Part shown: piece after piece, positions 47,128 to 59,193 of the stretch | How positions within the stretch are numbered: position 1 is the stretch's first letter | How the letters are laid out: each line of letters opens with the position of its first letter | Source: Emiliania huxleyi CCMP1516 | Taxonomy: Eukaryota | DNA length: 64,000 bases | Reading direction: 5' to 3' | NCBI RefSeq assembly: GCF_000372725.1 | Contig: NW_005201287.1 | Span: 465,081 to 529,080, forward strand | Position numbers and translations under genes: made by a program | Notes under the pieces: model-generated | What the model saw: the letters and a program-made list of their open reading frames with translations, nothing else | Database searches by the model: none | Told to the model about the DNA's origin: nothing

Positions 47128-47761
47128 GGCGGGGGCTCAGGAGGTGGCGGTTAGATCTATCGTTGCACCTCTAAAAAGAATTCGATCGACTCTCACAGCA
47201 CACTGGCACGACAAAAGCGCGGACTGGCACACACACCGGCTCACCACCGGAGCCGCCTAAGCGACTCCGTTAAGAACGGCAATGCCCTCCGCACCATGCA
47301 CAATGCCGCTCTCCCCGCACGCTAGCTCGTTCACCGTCTGCCACGCCACAGCGGTGGGGGGGAGGCCTGACAAACGCTGCATTTGCAGGCCGTGCCAATT
47401 CTTGGTTGTTAGGAGGAGCGAACTGCTCCCTCCTCCCTCGCACAACACTGGCTGGGCACGGGACTGGCGCGCACTGGCACTAACACAGGTACACCACGGG
47501 CGACGTGGTTGGGCGCTCGCACGGCCGTGTGGGCGGGCGCAGCTCACTTGATGCGGGCCTCGGTGTGCAGCGGCGCGGTGCGGAGCAGCGCCGAGGCCGC
47601 GAGCGAGCGCGGCGACGCTGAGGCGAAGGCAGCTCGCATGTCGATACCCCCGGTCGCAAAGAAGAAAAACTGAGAGCCAAAAAAATCCTCCCGTGAAAAG
47701 AAACCCGGCGTTATACAGAAAGAAATCGAAAGAGAACCCGCACGATGTAACAGATCGCGCC

Positions 47762-49311
47762 ATGTCCTCCAGCGTTGAGAAGCGGGCTATTGCAGAGCGT
47801 GCGGTGGCTGAGAGAGCCGCGCTGGTGCAAGCTGCGTTGGCGAGGGCGGCTGCATTGCAGCGGGCGGCCGTGCTGAAGGGAGCTGGTGCAGGGCCGGCAT
47901 TGGCAGAGGGTGCCGCGCTGGTCAAGGCGGCGTTGGCGAGGGCGGCTGCATTGCAGCAGGCGAACGCACGAAAGGCGGTAGATGTAGCTGCTGAGGCCGC
48001 AGTTCTTGGCACGGCAGATGAGCTGGCGAGCACGAAGGTGGATGGTTCATGCAACGAGAGGCAGGAGGACGCTAGTGCCCAGGCAACCGCAGCCCCTCCT
48101 GCCCCAGCAGAGCCGGCAGCCGCCCTCCCCTCCGCCACCGATCTCGGCGTGGACGAGGAGAGGCTAGAGCAGTGGCGCAAGTTCGGCGGCGGCGACCTGG
48201 AGCCGGTCGTCGCGAGCGGCGCCGTCGCCCTCCTCGACGCTCGGTGGATCATCAGCCACGCCGAGGCGGGCGGCGCCCTCACACACCGCCAGGCGCTGCC
48301 CAAAGAGGCCTTCCTCTCCCTCGCTGACCTCGTCGAGGCGACCACCAGCCCCTTTTCCCTTCCCGTCGCCGCGCTCTCCTACCCGTGGCTGACCAAGGAC
48401 CACCCCGACCCGCGCGGAGCCAACCTCGCCCGCGTCGCAAGGGCGCTCAAGGCCCTGCTCACCTCCCCGTACATCCCGCGGCTCGGCGTCTTTTGGGACT
48501 TCGGTTCGCTGCACCAGCACCCCGACCCCGCCAACGGCGTCATGCGCACCGAGGAGCAGAACGCGCTCTTCAAGCAGGGGCTGGGCTGCCTCGGCACGCT
48601 CTACTCCCACCCGAAGGCATACGTGCTGCGGCTGACCTCCTTCCCGGACGGCCACAAGGCGGAGGACCAGGCCGAGGGCACCAACGTGGCCAAGTACTTT
48701 GACCGCGGCTGGTGCTTCACCGAGCAGAGCTGGGCGAGCCTGACTAAGGCCAGCCTCCTCTCGCTCGACCTCGGCAAGATGCGCGACGGCGAGGAGTACA
48801 ACTGGTCCAGCCTCACCGCCGACTGCACCCAGGCCGGCGGCCGGCGCCCTCCGCTGCATCCGGCTCGGTTTGCGGCGGAGCTGGAGACGAAGAGCTTCAC
48901 CAACGGCAAGGACGACAAGCCGCTTGTGAAGCGGCTGTACCAGGCCGCCTTCGAGGAGCAGTTTGGCAAGGCGACCGAGCTGGACTACGGCCGCCTCGGC
49001 TGGGGCGACGCGGAGGCGGCGCAGCTGGCGGAGGTCCTCGCGAGCGGGGCAGCGCCGCGGCTCGAGACGCTCTATCTCCAAGACAACAAGATTGGTGTCG
49101 AGGGCTGCAAGGCGCTGGCCGCCGCCCTCAAGGAGGGGGCCGCCCCGAGCTTGAAGGCGCGAGACGCCACCCCTCGCCACACGCCCCTCCCCCGCCCAAT
49201 GCTCATCACTGCGACTCCCCTCGCTTGCAGAAGCTCGAGGTGGGCTGGGAGAACAGGGAGCAGCCTGAGCTGGTGGCCGTGTGCGAGGAGCGCGGCATCG
49301 AGCTGGTCTGA
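47762..49311 (+). CDS. HET-like domain + RNI-type LRR protein; intron about 49157-49230
   Basis: ALSYPW..DHPDP, VFWDFGSLHQ, LGTLYSH and YFDRGWCFTE; LETLYLQDNKIGVEGCKALAAAL. Confidence 0.75.
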
Positions 49312-50074
49312 GCCTCTCCAGCCCCGGCCGGGGCGCGGGGCACGGGGCGACCGCCGCGCGAGCACGGCAGAGAGCGACAGACCGCTCGGTTGTGGAGCAC
49401 GACGTACGGGGTACGGCTTTACAGCGACGGTGGGGGCTGGGAGGGGGCGCGCGCGCAGGTATTTAGTGTCTCTCCCCCCCCCCCCCCCCTAATCGCTTTG
49501 TGTACGTGCAAGCCAAAAACGGGATTTTTTGGGCAAGGCGTCTATTCGGTGCTCTGCACGTTAGAGCGTGCGGCAGGCGTGCGGCAGGCACCTGCCGGAC
49601 GCAAATGGGGCCGCCTGGTGGCCTCCGAGCGCCAGCCGAAGCAACCCTCGTCGTGCCCCGACACCCCCCCGACTCATGATGTGCCGCTCTTGCCTGTGTG
49701 GCCGCTGACGGCGGGACCCCGTGCGCGGCTGCGCCGCAATCTCGTCACTGCCGTCGTCACACCTGTCCACAGATGCGACGGGTGCCTGTCCGACCGCGAC
49801 AAACAGGCCTCGTTGCGGATCGCCAGCCCGCCCGTTGCCTCCGCAGACGCCCAGCTAGCCGAATCGTCGTTACCTTCCGCAGACCGACTTCGCGAGCGAG
49901 CGGGCGCGTTCTAGATGACGGTCACGCCCAACTCACCGGCCTTGTGGCCTGAAACCGATTCTGAGCCCTGCCTCCCCCGAGCGGGTATGGCCGCTGCCCG
50001 GCGGCCCGCGGTACGATTCGGTCCCGCCACCTCCCCGCCGTCCCGGTTCCCGCAGGTGAATTAATGCGAGTTCG

Positions 50075-51095
50075 CCACCCTCCTCGCCGCCCTCTCCGCC
50101 ACTGTCGCCTCCGCGCTCTCCTCCGCCGTCGCCGCCGCCCTCGCCTCCACCGCCCTCTCCGCCACCCTCCCCGCGGCCTTCTCCACCGCCCTCTCCGCCG
50201 CTCTCTCCTCCGCCGTCGCCGCCGCCCTCGCCGCTGCCGTTGCCGCCGCACTCCTCCCCGCTGCCGCCCTCACCCTCCCCGCCGTGCCGTCGGTCTCGCC
50301 GTCGCCTTCTTCCGTGTCGCTGTCGCCGCTCCGCCGTCCGTGTCGCCGTCGCCGCCTCGGATCCGTCCGTGTCGCCTTCGCCGCCTCCGTCCGTGTCGCC
50401 TTCGCCGCCTCCGTCCGTGTCGCCGTCGCCGCTGCCTTCCTCCGTTTCGCCATCCCTGCCGCCGATCTCACCTTTGCCGCCTCAATCCATGTCGCCGTCG
50501 CCGTCGCCGCCGTCGGTCTCGCTTTCGCCGCCTCTGTCCTCGTCGCCGTCGCCGCCGCCGCCGTTGGAATCGCTCTCCCCGCCGCCGTCGGTCGTGTCGA
50601 CTTCGCCGCCTCCGTCCGTGTCGCCGTCGCCGCTGCCTTCCTCCGTCTCGCCCTCCCCGCAGCAAGCTCGCTTGCCGTCGCCGTCGCCGCCATCGGTCTC
50701 GCTTTCGCCGCCTCCGTCCGTGTCGCCGTCGCCGCCTCCGTCCGTGTCGCCGTCGCCGCCTCCGTCCGTGTCGCCGTCGCCGCTGCCTTCCTCCGTCTCG
50801 CCCTCCCCGCAGCAAGCTCGCTTGCCGTCGCCGTCGCAGCCATCGGTCTCGCTTTCGCCGCCTCCGTCCGTGTCGCCGTCGCCGCCTCCGTCCGTGTCGC
50901 CGTCGCCGCCTCCGTCCGTGTCGCCGTCGCCGCTGCCTTCCTCCGTCTCGCCCTCCCCGCAGCAAGCTCGCTTGCCGTCGCCGTCGCCGCCATCGGTCTC
51001 GCTTTCGCCGCCTCCGTCCGTGTCGCCGTCGCCGCCTCCGCCGTCGGATTCGCCTTTGTCGCCTGCTCCGTCCGTGTCGCCCTCGCCGCCGTCAC
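50075..51095 (+). repeat. Pro/Ser-rich (SPSPPPSV) coding-like minisatellite with a 24-bp subunit and a 150-bp higher-order repeat
   Basis: ctccgtctcgccctccccgcagcaagctcg at 50641, 50791 and 50941; ORF 50240-51139 is extensin-like. Confidence 0.85.
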
Positions 51096-53271
51096 ATTTC
51101 GGCATATACACAGTTTCCACATGTGCAAGTTCTTCTTGATGCACACGGCGGTGCAGCCCCCGGCCATAGCGGGCAACTCAAGGCATCGACGCTCTCGCCG
51201 AAGCCCCTGTGCACTGTCCGGCACTTGCCGCCGTTTTATTCGGCGCAATGGCCGGCGTTGAAGCTCCGAACCCAGGCGCAGCCGAGCCCATTTCTTTCAG
51301 AGACAATACCAACAACCTCTTTCACTCATTCTTAAAACAGTACCGGCCGGGATTTCGAAGATAGTGCTAAAATGGATACCTGCCTGGAGAATGGCATTTA
51401 ATTTCGCGGACCGGCTCTTAACAATCAGGTCATGTCACCGCTTAATGTGCATGTGCGTGGCCTACGTCAGAGACCAAGTGACCAGCCGTCCCGGGCAATT
51501 TGTGACCCGTCTACGCCCTCGCGCCTCGGGCGCGGCCGGCCGCCCGGCCGGCTGCCCCGTTGACTTCCCCGCCGCGCGCTACGCGTTCGTGCTACGCGTT
51601 CGTTCGCAGTAATCTGGCTTAGTTCAGAGAGGTCGGGTCGTCTCTATGCGTATCACAGCGCGGCGCTGGCCTGCGCAAAGGCGGGCATGTAGTCGAATCA
51701 ATCAATCATCCATCCCGACATTTGATGTTAGTGGCAAAACCGCGGAACCGAAAATGGCGTTTAATTTTGCGCACCTGCTGTCCGCCGCCTGCGGCGGCGC
51801 TGCGCGCCGCCTACGCGCGCTGCGCGCGCGTTTTCTCTCTCTTTTTCTGTCTTTTTCACAGTGTAATTTTACCGAAAAAATGCCATTTTTTGCACCTCGC
51901 CAGGGCCATAAGTCACACCCAAACGGCTCCTGTGACGACAAGCCCCGGGTCCCTCATCGCGGCTGACTCGGCTGACGTCTAGCTCTACAGCCCGTTCCAC
52001 CACGTTAGCCGCCTCGCGTCGTCGTCGAGCGGGTCGCAGCCAGGGTGCCAGGCCCATCGCCTGGTCACAGCGGCGGGGCGGCGTGAGGGAGGGCATCTCG
52101 AGGCGCCGACATCGTGTCAGAGGCCGTGGGGAAGGGGGTGGGGTGGGGTATCTGGATCGCGCCCGTCTTCGTCGTCCCAGCACTCCATCTCGAGTCATCT
52201 CGGGGCATCTCGGCGCATCTCGGCTACTCTCCACACCGCCATCGTCGTCCCAGCACTCCACCGTCGTCTCGGAGGGAGGAGGGTACTCCTTGGCCACCTG
52301 CGGGGCGAGATTAGCCGAGGCGAGATTAGCCGAGATTAGCCGAGATTGGACCCGAGGGTACTCCTTGGCCACCCGCGGGGCGGGTGTTCGCCGCCTCCTC
52401 TGTGTCAATGTCTTGCTGTCTCGGCGGTTACCCCCTCACCCGCCAGCGCCAACCGCGAAAGGCACTCAACGGTGGGCTGCACTCTCGTGCAGTCTCTCGG
52501 GTACTCGGTTGCCCACCCACTCTAGCCGCGCCTAAGCGACTCCCGCGAGGATAAAAGAATTCACAAAGGAAGGCGGTCGCACGTACGGTCAGCGGGAGAT
52601 GCAGATGGGTCATGGGGCACATGGTCCCTCGAGGTAGCAAATTTAAGTCCCAACACCCAAGCTCGACGGCTTTTTCTCACTTCTCAGTCTCCCACAGTGA
52701 CTCGCACTTCTTTCTCTCTCGCGCGGGCGACTCCACTCGGCCCCCTCTCCTCCTCGTGCGCTCGGGTGCCCGCTACAGGTATAGAGCCCCTCTCAGCGCT
52801 CGCTCCGCGCTCACCAGTCCGTGTACCAGACCCTCCGTCGGAGGCTCCGTCTGGGTACACTGACACTGTTCCTGTGCGCTGTGGGTATTTTAGAGGGGAG
52901 GAAGGCATGTTGTGCGAGTAGGGATCCCTTATGTAGATGTTAGAGGTGGGTTAAGAGGGAGATGTGCGCGAGCTGCGGGACCGCCGGGACGGCGGGCGGG
53001 TGATTGCGACTCGCCGCCACCCACTTTTGGCGACTTTTGGCGACCTTTGGGACGCGCGATCGATCGGCCGAGATCGACATGGCGGGCGAGGCCGTCACGG
53101 CCATGATCGTGGCTGACGACGCCGGCGACGACCCCCTGGCGGACCGCCGCGAGGACCGGGAGGCGGCGGCGGCGCGGGAGAGGAAGGCGAAGGTGGCGAA
53201 GCTCAAGTCGCAGACGGAGAAGGATCCCTATATAGGACAAAAGCGTCGAAAATGTCCCAAAAAGCGTGTCT

Positions 53272-53420
53272 CGAGTTTGTTGCAGCCCCACAGCTGGCGC
53301 GCGCTGCCAGGAAGCACCGCTCGCGTGTCGGCGGCACTCCCTGGCACCCAGGGAGTGCCGCGAACCGACCAGACCGAATAGGCTCGACGCCGCGCTCGCT
53401 GTGGGGCTGCAACAAAGTCG
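53272..53420. other. Branched inverted-repeat structure
   Basis: Perfect 19-bp stem 53276-53294/53398-53416 enclosing a perfect 14-bp stem 53331-53344/53348-53361. Confidence 0.8.
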
Positions 53421-53556
53421 CCGCCGAGCGTGCCACCGACGGCGTCCCGGCGGCGGTGATGGAGTGTGAGACCTGAGGCTACGGAGGTGACGCCTGAGGT
53501 ACCGGCCCGTGCACAGCGACTCAGCCGGCGACCGCCACGGGCTCAGACGAGACTTG

Positions 53557-53667
53557 TGCGACGGTGTATCATTCACTTTATGCCACCGTTGCATATCCCG
53601 ACGGCCGTCGCAAAACTGCAGTTTTGCGACGGTGTATCATTCACTTTATGCCACCGTTGCATATCCG
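53557..53667 (+). repeat. 41-bp direct repeat at 68-bp spacing
   Basis: tgcgacggtgtatcattcactttatgccaccgttgcatatcc occurs twice. Confidence 0.9.
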
Positions 53668-54155
53668 GATATGCAACTTGTCGACTCGTTCCGGCTCAGC
53701 TTCACCATGGTCATCGGGCGTCTGTCGACGTCAGGACCACCCATACAGCTCGCGGGTTTGAGGTCGCAAGAGCCAAGATGGTGGCGTTTGGACATCCCAA
53801 CCATCACACAAGACAGCCTGTAGGTGATGGCGGGACGGCGCAGTGTTTGTGGCACTCGGCAGTAGGCACCCGCGGCACGGCCCCGCTGAGCGCTGTCGGG
53901 GGCTCTCACGGGCTGCGGAACCGGCCCCAGAGAGGGAGCCGGTCCGGGCGAGTGTGGCAGCTCCTGCGCTAGTATGGGCACCCTCTATCACAACACTACT
54001 GATCCTGGTCATTAGAGCTGCCAGGGATAGCGTCAGGAGCCGGTAGGAGTCAAAACCTCTCATATTTGAGACATCGTGTCCCATATACGTGTACCCCATA
54101 TACTCGCACAACGAGCCGGAATATCGACATGGGGCATTTACCGCGTGTGGCTCGC

Positions 54156-55030
54156 TCACAGCCTCGCGTCCAGCGGCGGCGCCGCCTCCTCCTCGCCCCA
54201 GTCCGCCTCCATGGCGTCCAGCACGCGCAAGCACGCCGCCGCGTCGGTCGCCGCGTACGCCGCCTGCTCCTCGCTCAGCGGCCTAGCCGCCCAGTCCGAG
54301 CACTGCTCCTGCTTGTCGAGCCGCTGCAACAGCCAGTGCGCGCACGCCGCCTGCAGCGACGGCGCCTGCGAGCGCGACCCGAGCCCCGCGTCCTCCGCAA
54401 GCCGCTGCACCTAGGCGGGCGAGAGCAAGACGACGGTGCGGCCGAGTCGCCAGAGCCGCCCCCTCAGCCGAGAGAGCCGCGGCACATCGACAGTCGCCTC
54501 CCGGATCCGCCGCACAAGCGCGCGACCCTCCTCCTCGCCGCCCACCGCCTCCGCCTCGCCGCCTCCGCCCGCCGCCTCCGCCTCTCCGCCCGCCGCCTCC
54601 GCCTCGCGGAGCCACGCCGCCAGCTTCTGCGCGTCCGCCGCAAAGGCGAACCCGACCGGCAGCGGCGGCGCTGGAGAGAGCAGCAGCGAGCGCAGCTCCG
54701 ACCCGAGTGCCGACAGGTACTGCGCCGCCGCCGGGCCGCGCTGCAGCGCGTCGCAGACGAATGCAGCCTCCCCGCTGCCCTCCGTGACGGCGAGCTGCAC
54801 CTGCCGAGAGGGCATGCGCCGCACACGTGAGGGTCGCGGGCGGCGGGAGGGGGCAGGCGAGGCGGCGGGACGCGGAGCCGCGCGCCGTCGCCAGCACCGC
54901 GCCGCCCACGCCGCCGCCCTCGCCCTCGGCCCACTCGGTGTCGATCCCGACGCGCGCCGCGCCGGCGAGGGCGGCCCTCATCTCGCGCACGCCCTCCGCG
55001 TCGCCCACCCAGACAACCCGCGGGGCAGGC
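54156..55030 (-). CDS. DEDDy 3'-5' exonuclease (EXD3/mut-7-like), multi-exon
   Basis: VGIDTEW, VQLAV, VGFAFAAD and LDKQEQCSDWAARPLSEEQAAYAATDA. Confidence 0.85.
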
Positions 55031-55552
55031 GCCGGTGAGCAGGCTCGACTGGCCCGCGCGCCCCTCCCCCAAGCCCTCGCCCAGCCTGCCCGCCAGCCTG
55101 GCTGCGCGGCGGGCCTTCGCGCGGGACAGGCAGGCGGCGCGCGCCTGTCGGAAGGGGGTCGTGGCCCGGGGGGGGGGGGGTGATGGGGGGGGCGGAGGGA
55201 GAGGGCGGGTGGCTAGGGCCAGGGTCTGGGGGTTTGCTCCTCCCTCTCCCTTTGCCCCTCCATCGCCGCCGGAAGCTCCCGCGCCGACAGCGCCGACACC
55301 TTCGCCTTGATTGGTGTCCCCGTATTCGTCAATGATTAGTGTCGCGGGAGTACCAAAGGCCGGTGCCTNNNNNNNNNNNNNNNNNNNNNNNNNNNNNNNN
55401 NNNNNNNNNNNNNNNNNNNNNNNNNNNNNNNNNNNNNNNNNNNNNNNNNNNNNNNNNNNNNNNNNNNNNNNNNNNNNNNNNNNNNNNNNNNNNNNNNNNN
55501 NNNNNNNNNNNNNNNNNNNNNNNNNNNNNNNNNNNNNNNNNNNNNNNNNNNN

Positions 55553-56501
55553 CTCCACCCTCCACCTCTGCCTCCTCTTCCGCCGCGGCCTCCCCAACCG
55601 CACCGGCCGCCGCCTCCTCCCCCGCCACCTCCTCCAATGCCACAGCGGCGCCGCGCGCCGCAAGCCACGCCTCGAGCGGTGCCACCGCGGCGTCGATCGC
55701 AGCTGCCACGGCGGCGGACGAGTCGGCGTCTCCAGGCCGTCCGGCGCGGCCCACCGGCAGCGGCGGCGCCGGCCCCTCCGCCGCGTCGCCCCCCCTCGGC
55801 GCGGCGATCGGCTTGCGCCCGCGGTTCTTTTTGCGGCGGCTCTCTGCGGTTGTCGGGTTGACAGCGAGCCGCGTCACCACATCTCCCTCCGCCTCAGGGT
55901 GGAAGCGAGGGTCGAGGTCGCCGTACACCTGGCCGTCGTCAAAGCGAGCCTTGAAGTCGAGCCAGCCACCCGGCCGGAGCAGCGGCCTCCGGTCCTCCGG
56001 CAGCGCTTCGATCCGCATCCGCAGCGGCGGCGGCAATACCGCCGGCTCGGCCCGCTCCGCGCTCTCCACCGCGGCCACCGCCGCGGGCGAGAGGTGTGTG
56101 GCGGCGAGAGAGAGGACGCTCTGCCCCTTGTTGTTGAGAAGGCGGGTGCGCGCGCCGCGCCGCAGCAGCAGCGACACCACGTCGCTCCGGCAGCGCGTCA
56201 CCGCGTAAAAGATTGGCGTCTTGCCGTAGCTGTGGTCGCCGGTCGACCACGCGTCGAGGTCGCAGCCGAGGTCGAGCAGCCGCTCGACGTTGGAGAGCGC
56301 GCCGCGCCAGCAGGCGTGGTGCAGCGGAGAGCGGCCGCTCTCGTCGAGCGCCTCGTCCACCTCCCGGGCCGCCGAGTCGCCGAGCCGCGCGAGCATGGCC
56401 TCGAGCGCGCCTCCGTCGGCGGCGCCGGCGGCCCGCCGCAGCGCTGCGGCGGCCGGCGGAGGGTGCGCGACGGCGATGGAGGCGCCGCCGGCGATGAGCA
56501 T
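55553..56501 (-). CDS. Ankyrin-repeat region, probably the N-terminus of the exonuclease gene (link hidden by the N gap)
   Basis: GRSPLHHACWRG, GKTPIFYAVTRC and NNKGQSVLSLA; frame is open into the gap. Confidence 0.75.
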
Positions 56502-56633
56502 GGCCGAGGCCGATCGATGTGTTGCAGTTAAAACGCTCGTAGTCGGATTCGGGGCGGGCTGACCGGTCTGCCGATGGGTATGCACTGGCCGCGCGTCCTT
56601 CCACCCGGAGACGCGCCTACCGGGTACTGTCCA

Positions 56634-57200
56634 ATATGAAAGTGTGAACAAGTGGGAGCAGCAGCTTCTGACCACGGCGCCGCAGGCGCCTGTTGATAGG
56701 TCCAGGTGGTAGCCCTGGATAGGCAATGCATACGCCTAGTTGGACCTCAGATCGCCCGACCGCGTCCCGGTGCTCTGCCGTCGGATTTATTTAGAGTGAC
56801 GCCGCCGCACCGCGCCGCCCGCGGCCGGGGGCCCTCCGGAGGCCGAGGATGGCCGTGACGGACCGGGACGAGCTCTGGGAGGTTCAGTGTCAGTGTATAC
56901 ATTGTAGAGACTGACCATGTGCACAATATCTCTCAGTCTAGCTAAGCCTGGGGAGGCGATTCCGGGGCCGTACAGCAGCTTGATGGTGCTTCGCCGGCGT
57001 GCGTCCCGGAGCGGTCCCGGTTGGGCAATCCGGGGGAGAAAACTCAGGACAACGCCGACGCCGCTCTGATTCGACTTTTTACTTCAAACAAAGACGGCGG
57101 CACGCGCCGCAGCGCGCGGTGCGTGCCGCCGTCAGGAGCGGATCCGTCAGTTAGTTGTATTCACGCCGGGATCGTGTCCTGAGTAACTTGCCCAACCATT
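56634..57200 (-). repeat. Repeat family C, copy 3
   Basis: Reverse complement of 28625-29141. Confidence 0.92.
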
Positions 57201-57214
57201 CCTCCAGCAGAGTA

Positions 57215-57414
57215 GCCGGATATGGGGTCTGTCCACACTGGCTGGCCCCTCCCAGATAGGTAGGCAGGTTGGTCTTGTTTCGCCCAAAAGGGCCCTGCAA
57301 TATAGGTAGGTACCCCCTATTTTCATCTTTTTTCGCTTCGCTGCGCGGCCTGGGGATAGGTAGGTAGGTAGGGCGTTTTGGCGCGAGTCAGTGTGGACAG
57401 ACCCCCTATCCGGC
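57215..57414. mobile_element. 200-bp MITE with 26-bp TIRs and TA flanks (Tc1/mariner-like)
   Basis: TA|gccggatatggggtctgtccacactg ... cagtgtggacagaccccctatccggc|TA (25/26). Confidence 0.85.
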
Positions 57415-57726
57415 TAGGAGCCGGAACCCTGCGGCCTGCTGGAGAGCCGCGAGAATTTTACTGAGTATCTCGCACGAACTCCCCCAAGTGACTTTAGTAC
57501 AAAAAATCAGAGAAAATTCACAAGCGCTCGCGGAGCCGAGCCACGCGTCACGCAGCAGCCCTGAGGTGCCCTGAGCACACATGCGAGCGGGGGAATATCT
57601 CGTCGTGCCTTATAAATTTCTCTCTGGCTAAATTCTAACAGTCACGAGAGAGAGTCTCAGTGGCGTCTCGGGGAGTCCCGAAGGTAGCCATAAGGCGTTT
57701 AGACAGTCGTACCGAGCAAGGGGAGA

Positions 57727-59193
57727 TCATGAGTACACCGTGAGCCTACCCTCCCGGTGCCAGCGGGCGTAGATCTCGTGCTCCTTCTCGAACCAATGGA
57801 GCGGCTCATCGTTCTTGGCTGGGATCGCCTTGGTACAATTCGCCTTAGGCTTGCCGTAGTAGTGAAAGGGCTGGCACGGGTCGTCCGTGAGACCAAAGAG
57901 AGAGACGTTGCGGCAAATTTGCAGGGCGATGATCACGGCGATGAAGCCTGTGCTCGGCCGCATCGTCCCGGACGTGCGCTGCCACATGCACCCCTCACCC
58001 GTCGCCCGGCAGATCTCGGCGAGAGCCTTGTGGTAGATGGAGTCAGTAATGAGGAAGACGCGCGACGGCGTGACGAGCGTCTCCGCGGCGGTGGCCGTCT
58101 TGTTCAGCGCCGTCGACTTGTGTACGCGGATCAGGTACCGGAAGAAAGAGGACACCGAGAGGTGTGAGTTGGAAGTGATCAAGCCAATGGCACGCCGCTC
58201 CTCCGGCACGCTGCGCTGATGCCTCTCAAAGTGCTTCATCATCCCCTCCACGCCGAAGAAGACGTTTATGCTCGTCCGCGTCCCCACATTTTTCTCAAAG
58301 CCCTTGTTGATGATCCAGTTTGGCCGCAGGACGAGCGAGTGGCCGTCAATCTGCGCGCCGTGTTCGAATTTGCGGAGCGAGCCACTCGCCCCGACCACAG
58401 CGCAAGTGTCACACATCTCGCACCCATCGGGCCAGGCCGACGACATGAGGCTATTTCGCGGAAGCTGCTCGATAAACGGCTGAAATTTGCTCGCGGCGAA
58501 CGGCTTCTCGTTCATAAACATCTTCTGGCTGCGGACGAGGTCGCGGCTCCAGAGCACCGGCACAGAGGCGGCACTGAGAGCCGCACGCATTTCCGGTTTG
58601 GCGCAGAGCCGCTGTCGCATCGACGCCTTTGGCGCAACATCGGGTGCAGAGGCGTTGCACCGCGGCAGCGGCATGTTCAGCGCGGACTGGTTGGTAGCCC
58701 CACTGCGCTGTGTATGGGGGCGGTTATGCCAGATCCGGATGTTGTCATGTGCCCGTGGTTGAAACATGTGCCCGTGCACGTTGTCGTTGAACATTGTTGT
58801 TTGCTCCGGTGGCGACACGAGGCGGCTGACGCCCGCATGAGGTGTTCGGTTTACTCGGATGGGTGGCACTCGAGGATGCAGCTTCATTGGAGCCTCATTG
58901 GCGGGCTGCGTAGACTCTCCACCAGCTGCGGCGAGGACAGCGAGGCTGGCGGGCTGCGGAGGAGGGATGGGTGGCGCCGTTGTGCGTACGAGCGTGAGAA
59001 CCACCCAGCCCAACACCGCGTTGGCGACAACAGAGATCAGAAGGGCGACGACAGAGATCAGAAGGGCCGGGCCATGTGAGCACGAATGGCGCGACGACGA
59101 CACCGATGCGACCGAGCTTGAGCGCTCGAGGCGTGGCCGGAGTAGAGACGGCACCGATGCGACCGAGCTTGAGCGCTCGGTAGGCTTGAGCAT
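57727..59193 (-). CDS. Glycosyltransferase family 29 (sialyltransferase-like), type II membrane protein, intronless
   Basis: N-terminal TM; sialylmotif L CAVVGASGSL...GAQIDGHSLVLRPN, S PSTGFIAVIIALQICRNVSLFG, III HYY and VS HWFEKE. Confidence 0.92.
   Translation of the reverse strand: MLKPTERSSSVASVPSLLRPRLERSSSVASVSSSRHSCSHGPALLISVVALLISVVANAVLGWVVLTLVRTTAPPIPPPQPASLAVLAAAGGESTQPANEAPMKLHPRVPPIRVNRTPHAGVSRLVSPPEQTTMFNDNVHGHMFQPRAHDNIRIWHNRPHTQRSGATNQSALNMPLPRCNASAPDVAPKASMRQRLCAKPEMRAALSAASVPVLWSRDLVRSQKMFMNEKPFAASKFQPFIEQLPRNSLMSSAWPDGCEMCDTCAVVGASGSLRKFEHGAQIDGHSLVLRPNWIINKGFEKNVGTRTSINVFFGVEGMMKHFERHQRSVPEERRAIGLITSNSHLSVSSFFRYLIRVHKSTALNKTATAAETLVTPSRVFLITDSIYHKALAEICRATGEGCMWQRTSGTMRPSTGFIAVIIALQICRNVSLFGLTDDPCQPFHYYGKPKANCTKAIPAKNDEPLHWFEKEHEIYARWHREGRLTVYS

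Noticed and set aside
51869..52408. Minus-strand gene fragment with intron-like segments
   Set aside because: No start or domain identified; used only as a tentative junction-duplication example
52922..53229. 8-bp direct repeat ggatccct flanking a short coding-like segment
   Set aside because: No TIRs at the inner ends, so it may be chance
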